A stretch of DNA of 64,000 nt from positions 29,592-93,591 of the forward strand of contig CANPZY010000002.1 of NCBI GenBank assembly GCA_947588945.1, given 5' to 3'. The notes beneath the pieces are model-generated. The model was not told the DNA's origin. It did not search any database and was given only the letters and a program-made list of their open reading frames with translations. The stretch comes from an uncultured Clostridia bacterium (GTDB lineage: Bacteria > Bacillota > Clostridia > TANB77 > CAG-508). Positions 9,787 through 20,973 of the stretch are shown here, one piece after another (position 1 is the first letter of the stretch; every line of letters begins with the position of its first letter). The position numbers were made by a program, and so were the translations under genes.

Positions 9787-11025
9787 ATGACATTAATAAC
9801 GGAAATAATAAATTTTATAAATAAATTTTTTGGCTTTTTCAAAGTTGCAAATGGAGAAATGCATCCATATAATGATGATTTAGGATATGGAACGTTTGAA
9901 GATGCAAGGCATATATGGTGGATAGCAATAGTAATAATATTATCAATAGTTATGTACCAATATTGCAAAAAGAATAAAGAAAAAGGAAAAAAGCTAGTAA
10001 AATCAATAGTAATATTTGTGTTAGTGATAAGAATAGAATTACAAATAATAAAGTCAATAGTAGGTTGTTCATTACCATATGGAAGAGATTTAATACCGGG
10101 ACAGATGTGTACAATATTAATTTATCTTTTACCATTAATGATAATATTTGACTGGAAAAAAATAAGAACGCCAGTATGTATATTATCAATGATGGGAGCG
10201 ATAATGACGCTATTGATAAATGAATATTTTGATAGTAGATTTATGAGTTTTTATACAATAGAAGGAATATGGGCACATACAATGTTATTTGTAATACCAA
10301 TATCGTTGATAGGATTAGGAGAATTAAAATTAGAAGTAAAAAAGATATGGCAAATAATAGTAACAATGCTAATAATGATATTATGGGCAATATTCTTGAA
10401 TAAGGTTATGTTAAAAAATTATGAACCAAATTATTTTTACTTAGAGAAGAATATGTTACCGGGTAATCTAGGTGGGAAATATTTCTTTGGAATATATACG
10501 ATAATATTTTTTGTATTATTAGGAATAATATATATATTGCCAGTAATAATAAGAAAATTATCAAAAGTATTAATAAGAGGGAATGAAAAAATAAAGAAGA
10601 AAATAACAGTAATAGCAATAGTAAGTATATTAATAATAGCAGAGATATTAACAATAGGAGCAGAGACAAATAGAAAGACAAAAGTAAATGAAGAAGAGAA
10701 ACAGATAAATTTAGCAATATTATTAAGTATGGTAGAGAATAAATCACTAGATTTTAGAGAAGAGCAAATACAAGAAAGATTAGATAGTATAGTAGGAGAG
10801 AATAAAGTAGAAGTAAAAAAAGGAATAATAGGATTAAAAGTAAAATTTAAAGAGACAGGGAATAAATATAAAACAATAAATGCAAAATCAAATATAAAAG
10901 CGATAGTAATAAAAGGAAAGGTAAGAGAGATATTAAAATATATATTAGAAGCAATATTAATAGTAAATTTAATAATAGTGATATTTTTAATTTATAAAGG
11001 TAGAAAAGAAGTATATAAAGTATAA
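9787..11025 (+). CDS. polytopic membrane protein (412 aa), unknown function
   Basis: Multiple hydrophobic helices; lysine-rich C-terminal tail. Confidence 0.45.
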   Translation: MTLITEIINFINKFFGFFKVANGEMHPYNDDLGYGTFEDARHIWWIAIVIILSIVMYQYCKKNKEKGKKLVKSIVIFVLVIRIELQIIKSIVGCSLPYGRDLIPGQMCTILIYLLPLMIIFDWKKIRTPVCILSMMGAIMTLLINEYFDSRFMSFYTIEGIWAHTMLFVIPISLIGLGELKLEVKKIWQIIVTMLIMILWAIFLNKVMLKNYEPNYFYLEKNMLPGNLGGKYFFGIYTIIFFVLLGIIYILPVIIRKLSKVLIRGNEKIKKKITVIAIVSILIIAEILTIGAETNRKTKVNEEEKQINLAILLSMVENKSLDFREEQIQERLDSIVGENKVEVKKGIIGLKVKFKETGNKYKTINAKSNIKAIVIKGKVREILKYILEAILIVNLIIVIFLIYKGRKEVYKV

Positions 11026-11119
11026 AAAAGTAAAAGTTAAATTGATTAAAAAGAAATATAAATCCTTTATATTTGTGAGTATTTTAAAAGGATAAATAAT
11101 ATAATTATTTTTGTTTAAT

Positions 11120-11295
11120 TAAAAAGATTAATAAAAAATAAATATATACAAAGTTTAGCAAAATAAAGGTAATTATAAAAGTAAAAGAGATATAAAAATT
11201 ATTACAAAAATGTAAAGGAAATTAAGTATAAATTCTTGCAGAATCATTGAAATAAATGAATTACAAGGGTTTATATTTTTTTATTAATCTTTTTA
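11120..11295. promoter_or_regulatory. candidate invertible promoter switch P3: 19-bp inverted repeats (11120..11138 / 11277..11295), 138-bp spacer, ~95 % identical to P1
   Basis: Same arms as P1; the spacer contains ttcttgcagaatcattgaaataaatgaattacaaggg. Confidence 0.4.
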
Positions 11296-11428
11296 ATTAA
11301 TAAAACATATAGAAATAAAATTTTATAATGTATTGACTTAACACTGTATAAATAATAAAATTTGTATGATAATAAATATAAAATTTTACTGATTAAGATA
11401 AAAATACAAAAGAAGGGAAAGTTGAAAA

Positions 11429-13327
11429 ATGAGCAAAATTAAATTTATAAAAAAGAATCAAGATGAAAGTGGTATTACTTTAGTTGCATTAGTAGTTACT
11501 ATCATAATTCTTTTAATATTAGCAGGAATAACACTAAATGGAGCATTAAGTGCTAATGGACTATTTATAAGGGCAAAACAGGCTGCTGAAAAATATAAGA
11601 ATGCTGAAGAAATTGAAGAAGAACAATTGAGAGAAATTGAAAAACAACTTGACAACAAGAATTCTATAAATTCAGTTATTAAAGTAAAAGGTGTCGATTT
11701 TGACAGTAATGAATCAATAGGTAACTGGAAATTTAGTATATGTAAAGATAAAGAATGTCTTCAACCATTAGGAATCGATATTAAAGTTGGAGATAGTGGT
11801 GAAGCTGATTGTTCATCTCTTATAAAAGAAGCTGGTACCTATTATGTTGGTGTTACAGAACCTCCTGAATATAAAGATTTACCATTCGAATTATTTGAGT
11901 TTAACGTTGCAGATATAGAAGAAGAGCAAGATCTTGTTATTAAATTTAAAGGAGAAAGTTTGTCTGGAACAGGCCCATATCAAGGAACTTTCAATGGCTC
12001 AGATTCACCTGCCGAAAATACAGAATTTGATAAGAATGTTTCTTTACAAATCAGTTTTGGTGATTATGTTGAAATAAATCAATATAATTATTCTTCAAAT
12101 GGTAAAAAATTCTATCCTATAGATGACTCATATAGTTTAGCTCAAGAATTAAAGAATTCAAATTTTGAAATTGATTTTTATAAAATAGCTGAGTGGGATT
12201 CAGGCAAAAGTGAAGTTGTTTTAGATAATAATTTTAAAGACTTAAATAATGTTGATACATCTGATTTAGATACTGGTTCTACAATAGATCCTATTCTAAC
12301 AACAAGAATTAAAAATATAATAATAAAAAATAAATTGAAACCGACTGTTTCATATCAATATAGTGGTGAAAATATGTTACAATTAGAAAATGACACACAA
12401 CTAAAGAAGAAAGATTTCTACTTAATAGTACCACATGCTTCAAATAGTGAATTCGGAAAGGCATATACTAAATATTATGAAGTAGATTTTATACCTGCAA
12501 TTATTTCGTTTGTATATGCAAATGAAAATGGAGATAGTTTATATGATGTGTCTCTCGAAATAGATGCTGTAAATGCAAATAATATATTCTCTGATATTAA
12601 GATAGTTAATAACATAACAAATACTCCAGAAGGATCTTTTAAGACACAAGATTTTATATATGAAATTACTGCTGAACTTAATGGAGAGCATATGTATGAT
12701 GATATTATAGCAACTGAATGTGAAAATGAAGGAGAAAATACTTATTCAGCTGACAATTTGCCAGTTGGTTTAGAATATAGAATTTTCCCTTTATATTATG
12801 GAAATCAATGTTATCTTACTTCTGCAGATGAAGTAACAAGTGTAGTAATGAATGAAGAAGAAAACAATGTAGAATTCAATTTTGAATATTCTAATAATGG
12901 TAATAAAGATATATCTATACTTGAATATGAAGTTAAATATAACGATTATTACGAACAATGGGAAATTGAGTCACAAAATAGAAATCTTATAAATGATAAA
13001 ATTAATATAATTGATAATGGAGATGATTCAGAGAAAAATTCATTAAAAAGCATAGAAATAAAAAATACTGATTCAACTGATAAATATATCCGTTTTAAAA
13101 TCTTATCTTCACTAAATTTAGTATATTATTGTTCTGAGGAGGATAAATGGGTAAATAGTGATGAATTCTGGTATTATTCAAGCCAAGTTTCATCAAATGG
13201 CACAACTGGAAACTTACCTTTTGATATTTCTTTATCGGACTACGATGGACAACCATGTACTTATAATATAGTAATTATAGTAGAGTCAACAAATGCAGAT
13301 GATGAAGGAAATGCAAATTGGGAGTGA
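11429..13327 (+). CDS. secreted pilin-like protein P3 (632 aa)
   Basis: N-terminus ...DESGITLVALVVTIIILLILAGITLNGALSANGLFIRAKQAAEKYK is homologous to the P1/P2/P4 leader module; the C-terminal region is unrelated. Confidence 0.65.
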   Translation: MSKIKFIKKNQDESGITLVALVVTIIILLILAGITLNGALSANGLFIRAKQAAEKYKNAEEIEEEQLREIEKQLDNKNSINSVIKVKGVDFDSNESIGNWKFSICKDKECLQPLGIDIKVGDSGEADCSSLIKEAGTYYVGVTEPPEYKDLPFELFEFNVADIEEEQDLVIKFKGESLSGTGPYQGTFNGSDSPAENTEFDKNVSLQISFGDYVEINQYNYSSNGKKFYPIDDSYSLAQELKNSNFEIDFYKIAEWDSGKSEVVLDNNFKDLNNVDTSDLDTGSTIDPILTTRIKNIIIKNKLKPTVSYQYSGENMLQLENDTQLKKKDFYLIVPHASNSEFGKAYTKYYEVDFIPAIISFVYANENGDSLYDVSLEIDAVNANNIFSDIKIVNNITNTPEGSFKTQDFIYEITAELNGEHMYDDIIATECENEGENTYSADNLPVGLEYRIFPLYYGNQCYLTSADEVTSVVMNEEENNVEFNFEYSNNGNKDISILEYEVKYNDYYEQWEIESQNRNLINDKINIIDNGDDSEKNSLKSIEIKNTDSTDKYIRFKILSSLNLVYYCSEEDKWVNSDEFWYYSSQVSSNGTTGNLPFDISLSDYDGQPCTYNIVIIVESTNADDEGNANWE

Positions 13328-13518
13328 TTAGAAAATAATTATATAGTAAAAAAATGCATAAAACTTTTTATGCATTTTTTTTACTAATTTAATACTATAA
13401 TGTAGGTGTTACTATTTCTGATGAAAAAATAAAATCGATTAAAAAGAAATATACAAATCCTTGAAAAAATATATAAAAGATGATATTTTATATATAAAAA
13501 TATAGGAGGATAAAAGTA

Positions 13519-14890
13519 TTGGCAAAAGCAAAAACAGTATTTGTGTGTAGTGATTGTGGATATGAATCTCCAAAATGGCTTGGAAAATGCCCAGCATGTA
13601 ATGCTTGGAATACATTTTACGAAGAAAAAGTACAAGTTACAACATCATCTGGAACTAATGTAAAAATTAAGGAAAAAGCAAAACCACTTAACTTAAATGA
13701 AGTAAAAGGCGAAGAAGCAATTAGAACTAAGACTGGAGTTGAAGAATTAGACAGAGTTTTAGGTGGTGGAATTGTAAAAGGTTCACTGGTTTTACTTGGA
13801 GGAGAGCCAGGAATAGGAAAATCAACTCTTATTTTGCAGATTTGTGATAAAATAGGAACAGATGGAAAAGTGTTGTATGTATCTGGAGAAGAGTCAGCAG
13901 AACAGGTTAAGTTAAGAGCAGATAGACTTAATATAAAAAATGATAATATAATGTTTTTAGGAGAAACTGATATTGATGCAATTGAAGCAGAAATTTTAGA
14001 GATGAATCCAAAACTTGTTGTTATTGATTCTATTCAAACAATGTTTTCAAATGAAATTACATCAGCACCAGGAACGGTAAGCCAAGTTAGGGAGATTACA
14101 GCAAGAATAATGAAATGTTGTAAGCAAAACAAAATAACTACAATCATTATTGGTCATGTGACAAAAGATGGCAATATAGCAGGACCAAGAGTATTAGAAC
14201 ACATGGTAGATACAGTTCTTTATCTAGAAGGGGAAAGATTTTTTTCATATAGAATATTAAGAGGTGTAAAAAATAGATTTGGTTCAACAAATGAAGTTGG
14301 AATGTTTGAAATGCAAAATGAAGGAATGTGCGAGGTAACAAATCCATCTAAAATGCTTATTTCAGAAGAACAAGGACAGATCCCTCGGAACGGCAATAGT
14401 ATGTAGCTTAGAGGGAACAAGACCACTTTTAGTAGAACTTCAAGCATTAACCACACAGAGTTTTTATGGGATTCCTAAAAGGACAGGCAGTGGTATAGAT
14501 TTTAATAAAATTGCTTTATTAGTAGCTGTACTTGAAAAAAGAGCTCATTTAAGCTTAGGAAATCAAGATATATATTTGAATGTAGTAAGTGGTATGAAAA
14601 TAAATGAGCCAGCAATTGATTTAGGAATTGCATTAGTTATAGCGTCGAGTTTTAAAAATACATATATTTCAAAAGATACGGCTATAATAGGAGAAGTGGG
14701 TTTAACTGGTGAAATAAGAGCAGTAAATATGATAGAAAAAAGATTAAAAGAAGCAGAAAGACTTGGAATAAAAAAATGCATAATTCCAGAAAATAACAAA
14801 AAACACTTGAAAAATACTTATAAATTAGATATAATAGGTGTTAGAAATGTAAATGAAGCTTTGGATATTTGCTTTTTACGAAAGGAATGA
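13519..14890 (+). pseudogene. radA: DNA repair protein RadA, interrupted by a +1 frameshift (extra C at 14386)
   Basis: Zinc-finger CSDCGYESPKWLGKCPACNAWNT, Walker A GEPGIGKST and KNRFG motif, then ...ISEEQGQIP reads into a stop. The Lon-like C-terminus continues in the +1 frame as GTAIVCSLEGTRPLLVELQAL... Removing C14386 (in cctCgga) restores a single reading frame. Confidence 0.85.
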
Positions 14891-15948
14891 ATTTTAAAAT
14901 GGAAATTGTTGAAATTTTAAAAATGATAGCACCTGGTACTCAAATAAGAGAAGGACTAGAAAGCATTTTAAAAGCAAAGACAGGAGCATTAATTGTTATT
15001 GGTGATGGTGAAAAAGTTATGAGTATAGTTGATGGTGGATTTAATATAAATGTTGATTATTCACCTGCAAAACTTTATGAACTTGCTAAAATGGATGGAG
15101 CAATAATTTTAAGTGAAGACTTGAAAAAGATTTTATTTGCAAATGCCCAACTTATGCCTGATCCAAGTATTCCTACTACCGAAACTGGAACTAGACATAG
15201 AACAGCAGAAAGAGTAGCAAAAAAGACTAAAAATATAGTTATAAGTATTTCGCAAAGAAGAGAAATTATTACTATCTATAATGGAGAAGAAAGATATGTT
15301 TTAGAGGATACATCAAAAGTAGCAGCAAAGGCTAACCAAGCACTTCAAACAGTTGAAAAATATAGAAAAGTTTTTGATAATAAAATAAGTATGTTAAATG
15401 AATATGAATTCAACGATTTAGTAACAGTTCAAATAATTGTTGAAACATTGCAGAGAGCAGAAATGCTTATGAAGATTGCAGATGAAGTAAGGAAATCTAT
15501 TTATGAATTAGGAACAGAAGGTAGACTAATTGCAATGCAACTAAATGAATTAATTGACGGAGTAGAACGAGAAGAATTATTAATATTAAGAGATTATATC
15601 TGTAAAAAAGATGCATTAGATGCATATAAGAAAATAAGAAATCTAAGCATGGAAGATTTAATGAAACCAAATTTAATTGCATCAATTTTAGGAATAAAAG
15701 AAACAGACAATTATGATGAGATTACTATATATGCAAGAGGTTATAGAATTTTAAGTAAAATACCTAGAATGCCTGTAAATATTGTAGAGAATATAGTAAA
15801 AAGATTTAAAATATTTCAAAATCTACTTTCAGCTGACATTAATGAATTAGACAATGTTGATGGAATAGGAGAAGTAAGATCAAAGGCAATAGTACAGTCT
15901 TTAAAAAGAATGCAAGAACAATTTGTATTTGACAATATGATAATTTAG
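14869..15948 (+). CDS. disA: DNA integrity scanning protein DisA (diadenylate cyclase)
   Basis: Follows radA as is typical; DAC-domain motifs (DGAIIL, TGTRHRTAER) and a C-terminal HhH region. The true start may be ATG 14887. Confidence 0.85.
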   Translation: MLFTKGMNFKMEIVEILKMIAPGTQIREGLESILKAKTGALIVIGDGEKVMSIVDGGFNINVDYSPAKLYELAKMDGAIILSEDLKKILFANAQLMPDPSIPTTETGTRHRTAERVAKKTKNIVISISQRREIITIYNGEERYVLEDTSKVAAKANQALQTVEKYRKVFDNKISMLNEYEFNDLVTVQIIVETLQRAEMLMKIADEVRKSIYELGTEGRLIAMQLNELIDGVEREELLILRDYICKKDALDAYKKIRNLSMEDLMKPNLIASILGIKETDNYDEITIYARGYRILSKIPRMPVNIVENIVKRFKIFQNLLSADINELDNVDGIGEVRSKAIVQSLKRMQEQFVFDNMII

Positions 15949-16034
15949 TAGTATATTATTTTAGTAATTATTATTTATAACAAAAAGGTCATAGGCGACA
16001 CCATAAGCCTAAATACATAAAAAGGAATATAACA

Positions 16035-17009
16035 ATGAAAGAAAACAATAATAAAACAAATAAAACAGAAAAAGTAAAAAAAGAAGAAACAAGTAAAGTA
16101 AATTATTTTGCAATTGTAATTACAATAGTAGCTATGCTAATAGTTATTGCATTAATTGCTTATGTAGTAAATACAATTATTCTAAAATATACATATGTAT
16201 CTAAGAATCCAGTAGCAACTATAGAAATTAAAGATAAAGGAACTATACAAGTAGAGTTATATCCACAATATGCACCTAACACAGTTGCAAATTTTATAGC
16301 ATTAGCTAATAATGGTTTTTATAATGGATTAACATTCCATAGAACAATACCTGAATTTATGATACAAGGTGGAGATCCTAATGGGGATGGTACAGGTAAT
16401 GCAACTATAAAGGATTTAGTAAAAAATAATTTAGACAATTATAAAGAAGAAGTTACAGTAGATAATGAAAAAATTGAAGTTTATAAGATTTATGATAGAT
16501 ACTTCACAGAAGATTCAAATAAAGTAGATAAAACCTTTAAAAAGAATGGTAAAGATTATGTTATAGAAGATATAAATCAAAAGTATGTTATAAAAGGTGA
16601 ATTTATTATAAATAACTTTAATCAAAATACTTTAAAACATACTAGAAATATCATTTCAATGGCTAGATCAGATTATAGTTCAATATCAGGTTTAGCTACT
16701 AAAGGATATGATTCTGCTTCTTGTCAATTCTTTATAGTAACAGCAGATTCATCAAGTTTAGATGGTACATATTCTGCATTTGGTAAAGTTACATCTGGAA
16801 TGGAAATAGTTGATGAAATCTCAAATGTTGAGGTTGAAACTAGAGAAACAAATGATGAAAACTTGACTGCAGATAAGCCAGTAGATCCACCAGTAATAAA
16901 TTCAATTACAGTTGATACATTTGGTATTGATTATGGATTACCAGAGATACTAGAACCATTTGATTATTCTTCATATTTAATGTCACAATACGGTGGAAGT
17001 TCATATTAA
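16035..17009 (+). CDS. membrane-anchored cyclophilin-type peptidyl-prolyl cis-trans isomerase
   Basis: N-terminal TM; motifs [15 protein letters not shown] and [16 protein letters not shown]. Confidence 0.8.
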   Translation: MKENNNKTNKTEKVKKEETSKVNYFAIVITIVAMLIVIALIAYVVNTIILKYTYVSKNPVATIEIKDKGTIQVELYPQYAPNTVANFIALANNGFYNGLTFHRTIPEFMIQGGDPNGDGTGNATIKDLVKNNLDNYKEEVTVDNEKIEVYKIYDRYFTEDSNKVDKTFKKNGKDYVIEDINQKYVIKGEFIINNFNQNTLKHTRNIISMARSDYSSISGLATKGYDSASCQFFIVTADSSSLDGTYSAFGKVTSGMEIVDEISNVEVETRETNDENLTADKPVDPPVINSITVDTFGIDYGLPEILEPFDYSSYLMSQYGGSSY

Positions 17010-17115
17010 TAAAATATAATTTATAAATAAAAATTCTATAAAAGCTGTAAACTTTTATAGAATTTTTTATTTGAAATAATATTTTTTATAAAAAGCTAAG
17101 ATAAATAAAATTTAA

Positions 17116-17139
17116 GGTCAAGTGAAAAAGTAAATGCAA
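17116..17139 (+). repeat. copy 1 of a 24-nt intergenic motif GGTCAAGTGAAAAAGTAAATGCAA
   Basis: Identical 24-mer also at 26761; near-identical at 47778 and 56569; all intergenic. Confidence 0.6.
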
Positions 17140-17248
17140 CTTGTAAGAGAAAATAAAATTTAATAGTTATTTTTTTATAAAATAATTGAAAATAAAATAA
17201 AATGTTTATATAATATAAGAAAAAATACAGATAAAGAAGGAGAAAAAA

Positions 17249-18091
17249 ATGGCAGTAATAATTGATGGAAAAATGCTAGCAAAAGAAATAAGATTGAACT
17301 TAAAAAAACAAGTTGAAAAAGAAAATTTAAAGCCAAAATTAGCTGTAATATTATGTGGGGAGGATCCGGCATCTAAGGTATATGTACGTAATAAAAGTAA
17401 AGCTTGTGATGAGGTTGGAATAGAATTTAAAGAATATTTACTTCCAAATGAAACTACTCAGGAGGAATTAATAAGTTTAATAGACAAACTAAATAAAGAT
17501 AAAAAAGTAGATGGAATTTTATTACAGAGTCCTATCCCAAAAGGATTAAATATACAAGAAGCATTTGAAAGAATTTTACCAGAAAAAGATGTAGATGGAT
17601 TTAATCCATATAATGTAGGAAAATTAGCAATAGGTGAAGATGGTTTTGTTCCTTGCACTCCGCTTGGAATAATAAAAATGTTTGAAAAATATAAAATAGA
17701 TTTAGAAGGAAAAAAAGCTGTTGTTGTTGGAAGAAGCAATATAGTTGGAAAGCCAATGGCACAATGCTTGCTTTCAAAACATGCCACAGTTACAATTTGC
17801 CATTCGAGAACTAAAGAATTAGAAAAAGAATTAAAAGATGCGGACATAGTAGTTTCTGCAGTTGGAAAAAGAAATATTATAAAAGAGGATATGATAAAAA
17901 AAGGTGCAGTCGTAATTGATGTTGGTATGAATGTAAACGAAAAGGGAAAATTATGCGGAGATGTTGATTTTGAAAATATATCAAAAAAAGCATCATATAT
18001 AACACCAGTACCTGGTGGAGTTGGACCTATGACTATAGCTATGCTTATGAATAATGTCATTAAAGCACATAAAATAAAAATGAAAAAATAA
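17249..18091 (+). CDS. folD: bifunctional methylenetetrahydrofolate dehydrogenase/cyclohydrolase
   Basis: MAVIIDGKMLAKEIR..., motifs YVRNKSKAC and VVGRSNIVGKPMA. Confidence 0.9.
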   Translation: MAVIIDGKMLAKEIRLNLKKQVEKENLKPKLAVILCGEDPASKVYVRNKSKACDEVGIEFKEYLLPNETTQEELISLIDKLNKDKKVDGILLQSPIPKGLNIQEAFERILPEKDVDGFNPYNVGKLAIGEDGFVPCTPLGIIKMFEKYKIDLEGKKAVVVGRSNIVGKPMAQCLLSKHATVTICHSRTKELEKELKDADIVVSAVGKRNIIKEDMIKKGAVVIDVGMNVNEKGKLCGDVDFENISKKASYITPVPGGVGPMTIAMLMNNVIKAHKIKMKK

Positions 18092-18102
18092 AAGGATGTA
18101 TA

Positions 18103-20322
18103 ATGATTGCAGAGGTAATAATTAATAGTAGCGTAAAAACATTAAATAGAACATTTGATTATGAGATTCCCGAAAATTTAGATGTACATATCGGGACGAG
18201 AGTTTTTGTGCCTTTTTCAAGGAAAAAAGAATTAGAAGAGGGAATTGTTGTTGGAATAAAAGAAACCTCAGAATTTAAAGTAAAAGAAATTGCAGGACTT
18301 CAGGAAGAACAAATAAATGAAGATTATATTGAGCTTGCAAAATGGATGTCACACAGATATTTTTGTAATATATCAGACTGCTTGAAATTAATGTTACCAC
18401 CGGGAAGGACTTCAAAAAATATACTTAATAGAGTAAAGGAAAAGAGAGTAAATTTAGTAACTTTAGCAAAAGACGAAGATGAAATTTTGCAAGATATAGA
18501 GAGTGGAATAATAAAATCAGAGAAACAAAAAAGAGTTTTAGAGTTTTTGATAAATAATGGAAATGCTACTATTAGTGATATAGAACTTTTTACTGATGCA
18601 TCGAGTAGCATAGTAAAAACTCTTATAAAAAATAATTATTTAGAACAAAATAGTACTCAAATTGAAAGAAATCCATTTTTAAACAGAAAGATTGTGAAAA
18701 CTGTGGATTTAGAGCTTACAGATGAACAAAAAATTGCATACAATAATATTAAGGAGGATGGAAAATATTTATTATATGGAATAACAGGTTCAGGTAAAAC
18801 AGAAATATATTTAAGATTAATTGGAAAAATGCTAAAGCAAAATAAAAGCAGTATAATGTTAGTTCCAGAAATTTCACTAACTCCACAAACAGTTGATAGA
18901 TTTATTTCAAGATTTGGAGAAAAACATATAGCTGTTTTGCATAGTAAGTTATCAATTGGAGAAAGATATGATGAGTGGAATAAAATAAAATCAGGTGAAG
19001 CAAAAATTATTATAGGAGCAAGATCTGCTATATTTTCTCCAGCAGTTAATTTAGGGTTAATCATAATTGATGAAGAACATGATGAATCTTATCAATCAGA
19101 GATGACTCCTAGATATGATGCAAGGGAAGTTGCAGAATATATTTCAGAAAAGAAACATATTCCACTAATACTTGGAAGTGCTACACCAGATATGAATACT
19201 TTTTATAAGGCAAAAGAAGGAGATTATCAGTTATTAACTTTAAGCAAAAGAGCAAATAATTCAAAACTTCCAACAGTTGAGATTGTTGATTTAAGAGAAG
19301 AGTTAGCAAATGGTAATAAATCAATGATTAGCAAAAAGCTTTATGAAGAGATTAGAAAAAATATAGATAATAAAAAACAAACTATTTTATATTTGAATAG
19401 AAGAGGATTTTCGACATTTGTTATGTGCAGAGATTGTGGATATACTGTAAAATGTAAGAGATGCAACATTACTCTAACATATCATAAATATACTCATAAG
19501 CTAAAATGTCATTATTGCGGATATGAGCAAGATGAAGTAACAGAATGTCCAGAGTGCAAAAGCAAGAATATAAGATATTTTGGATCAGGTACACAAAAGT
19601 TAGAAGAAGAAATAAACAAATTATTTCCGGAAGCTACAACCATAAGAATGGATATAGATACAGTTTCTAAGAAAAATTCACACGAGCAGATTTTAAGCAA
19701 GTTTAGAGATGAAAATATAGATATTTTAATTGGTACTCAAATGGTAGTAAAAGGTCACCATTTTCCAAATGTTACATTAGTTGGAGTAATTGCAGCTGAT
19801 GGAAGTTTAAATATTGGTGACTTTAGAGCGAATGAAAAAACTTTTCAGATTTTAACGCAGGTTGCAGGTAGAGCTGGTAGAGAAAAGGATGAAGGAAGAG
19901 TTATAATTCAAACTTATAATCCTGATAATTATGCAATAGAATTTTCAAAATCACAAGATTATGATTTATTATATGACACAGAAATTGACATTAGAAAACA
20001 ATTGAAATATCCGCCATTTTGCGATATAATATTAATTGATATGTCAGCAAAAAATTTAAAAGAATTAAAAGATGTTTCAAAAAAAGTTCATGCTTATTTA
20101 AAAGATAGAGTTATAAATGAAAGGTTTGGAGTATTACTTTATAGTCCAGTACCTTCGCCAATTGACAAGATTAAAGATAGATACAGAATGAGGATAATAA
20201 TAAAGTGTAAGTATGATGATAGGATTAATAATTTGTTAAATGATTGTATGCAAGAATTTTATAAAATGAAAACATATACTTCAAGGATGGCAATAGAATT
20301 AAATCCAAACAATATGTTGTAA
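18103..20322 (+). CDS. priA: primosomal protein N' (PriA helicase)
   Basis: Walker A GITGSGKTE, DEEHD motif, Cys4 zinc motifs (CRDCGY...CKRCN...CHYCGY...CPEC). Confidence 0.9.
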   Translation: MIAEVIINSSVKTLNRTFDYEIPENLDVHIGTRVFVPFSRKKELEEGIVVGIKETSEFKVKEIAGLQEEQINEDYIELAKWMSHRYFCNISDCLKLMLPPGRTSKNILNRVKEKRVNLVTLAKDEDEILQDIESGIIKSEKQKRVLEFLINNGNATISDIELFTDASSSIVKTLIKNNYLEQNSTQIERNPFLNRKIVKTVDLELTDEQKIAYNNIKEDGKYLLYGITGSGKTEIYLRLIGKMLKQNKSSIMLVPEISLTPQTVDRFISRFGEKHIAVLHSKLSIGERYDEWNKIKSGEAKIIIGARSAIFSPAVNLGLIIIDEEHDESYQSEMTPRYDAREVAEYISEKKHIPLILGSATPDMNTFYKAKEGDYQLLTLSKRANNSKLPTVEIVDLREELANGNKSMISKKLYEEIRKNIDNKKQTILYLNRRGFSTFVMCRDCGYTVKCKRCNITLTYHKYTHKLKCHYCGYEQDEVTECPECKSKNIRYFGSGTQKLEEEINKLFPEATTIRMDIDTVSKKNSHEQILSKFRDENIDILIGTQMVVKGHHFPNVTLVGVIAADGSLNIGDFRANEKTFQILTQVAGRAGREKDEGRVIIQTYNPDNYAIEFSKSQDYDLLYDTEIDIRKQLKYPPFCDIILIDMSAKNLKELKDVSKKVHAYLKDRVINERFGVLLYSPVPSPIDKIKDRYRMRIIIKCKYDDRINNLLNDCMQEFYKMKTYTSRMAIELNPNNML

Positions 20323-20425
20323 TATAAGATGTTGTAAATTAATAATAAAGAATATTCATAAAACTTAAAATTAGTGAGAAATAATATAAATTTAACTTAA
20401 AATGATGTGCTGAAAGGAGAATTAA

Positions 20426-20908
20426 ATGGCATTAAGAGAAGTAAGAAAAGAAGGAGACGAAATTTTAAGAAAAAAATCAAGAAAAGTTGAAGTAATTGAT
20501 GATAAAATTAAAGAATTAATTAAAGACATGGATGAAACTATGCATTATTATAATGGTGTAGGAATTTCTGCTGTACAGGTTGGAGTTTTAAAAAGAGTCA
20601 TTGTAATTGACATTAATTATGATGGAACACCTTCTTTAATATTGATAAATCCAGAAGTTGTAAAAACAAAAGGAAGTCAAGAATGTCAGGAAGGATGTTT
20701 AAGTTTTCCAAATAAATTTGCAAAGGTCATAAGACCTAGTGAAGTTACAGTTAAAGCTTTAAATGAAAACGGAAAAAAGATTACAGTTAGAGGAAAAGGA
20801 ATTCTTGCAGAGGCACTTTTACATGAAATAGACCATTTAGATGGAATTCTTTTTGTTGATATAATGGAGCCGGGAACTCTTGAGTATATAGAAAATAAAG
20901 AAGACTAG
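20426..20908 (+). CDS. def: peptide deformylase
   Basis: Motifs GVGISAVQVG, EGCLSFP, HEIDHLDG. Confidence 0.9.
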   Translation: MALREVRKEGDEILRKKSRKVEVIDDKIKELIKDMDETMHYYNGVGISAVQVGVLKRVIVIDINYDGTPSLILINPEVVKTKGSQECQEGCLSFPNKFAKVIRPSEVTVKALNENGKKITVRGKGILAEALLHEIDHLDGILFVDIMEPGTLEYIENKED

Positions 20909-20973
20909 AAATTTAAAATAAAAAGTTTATAGGTGAAACTTAAAACCTAAATTTATTTATAAGGAAAAATCTA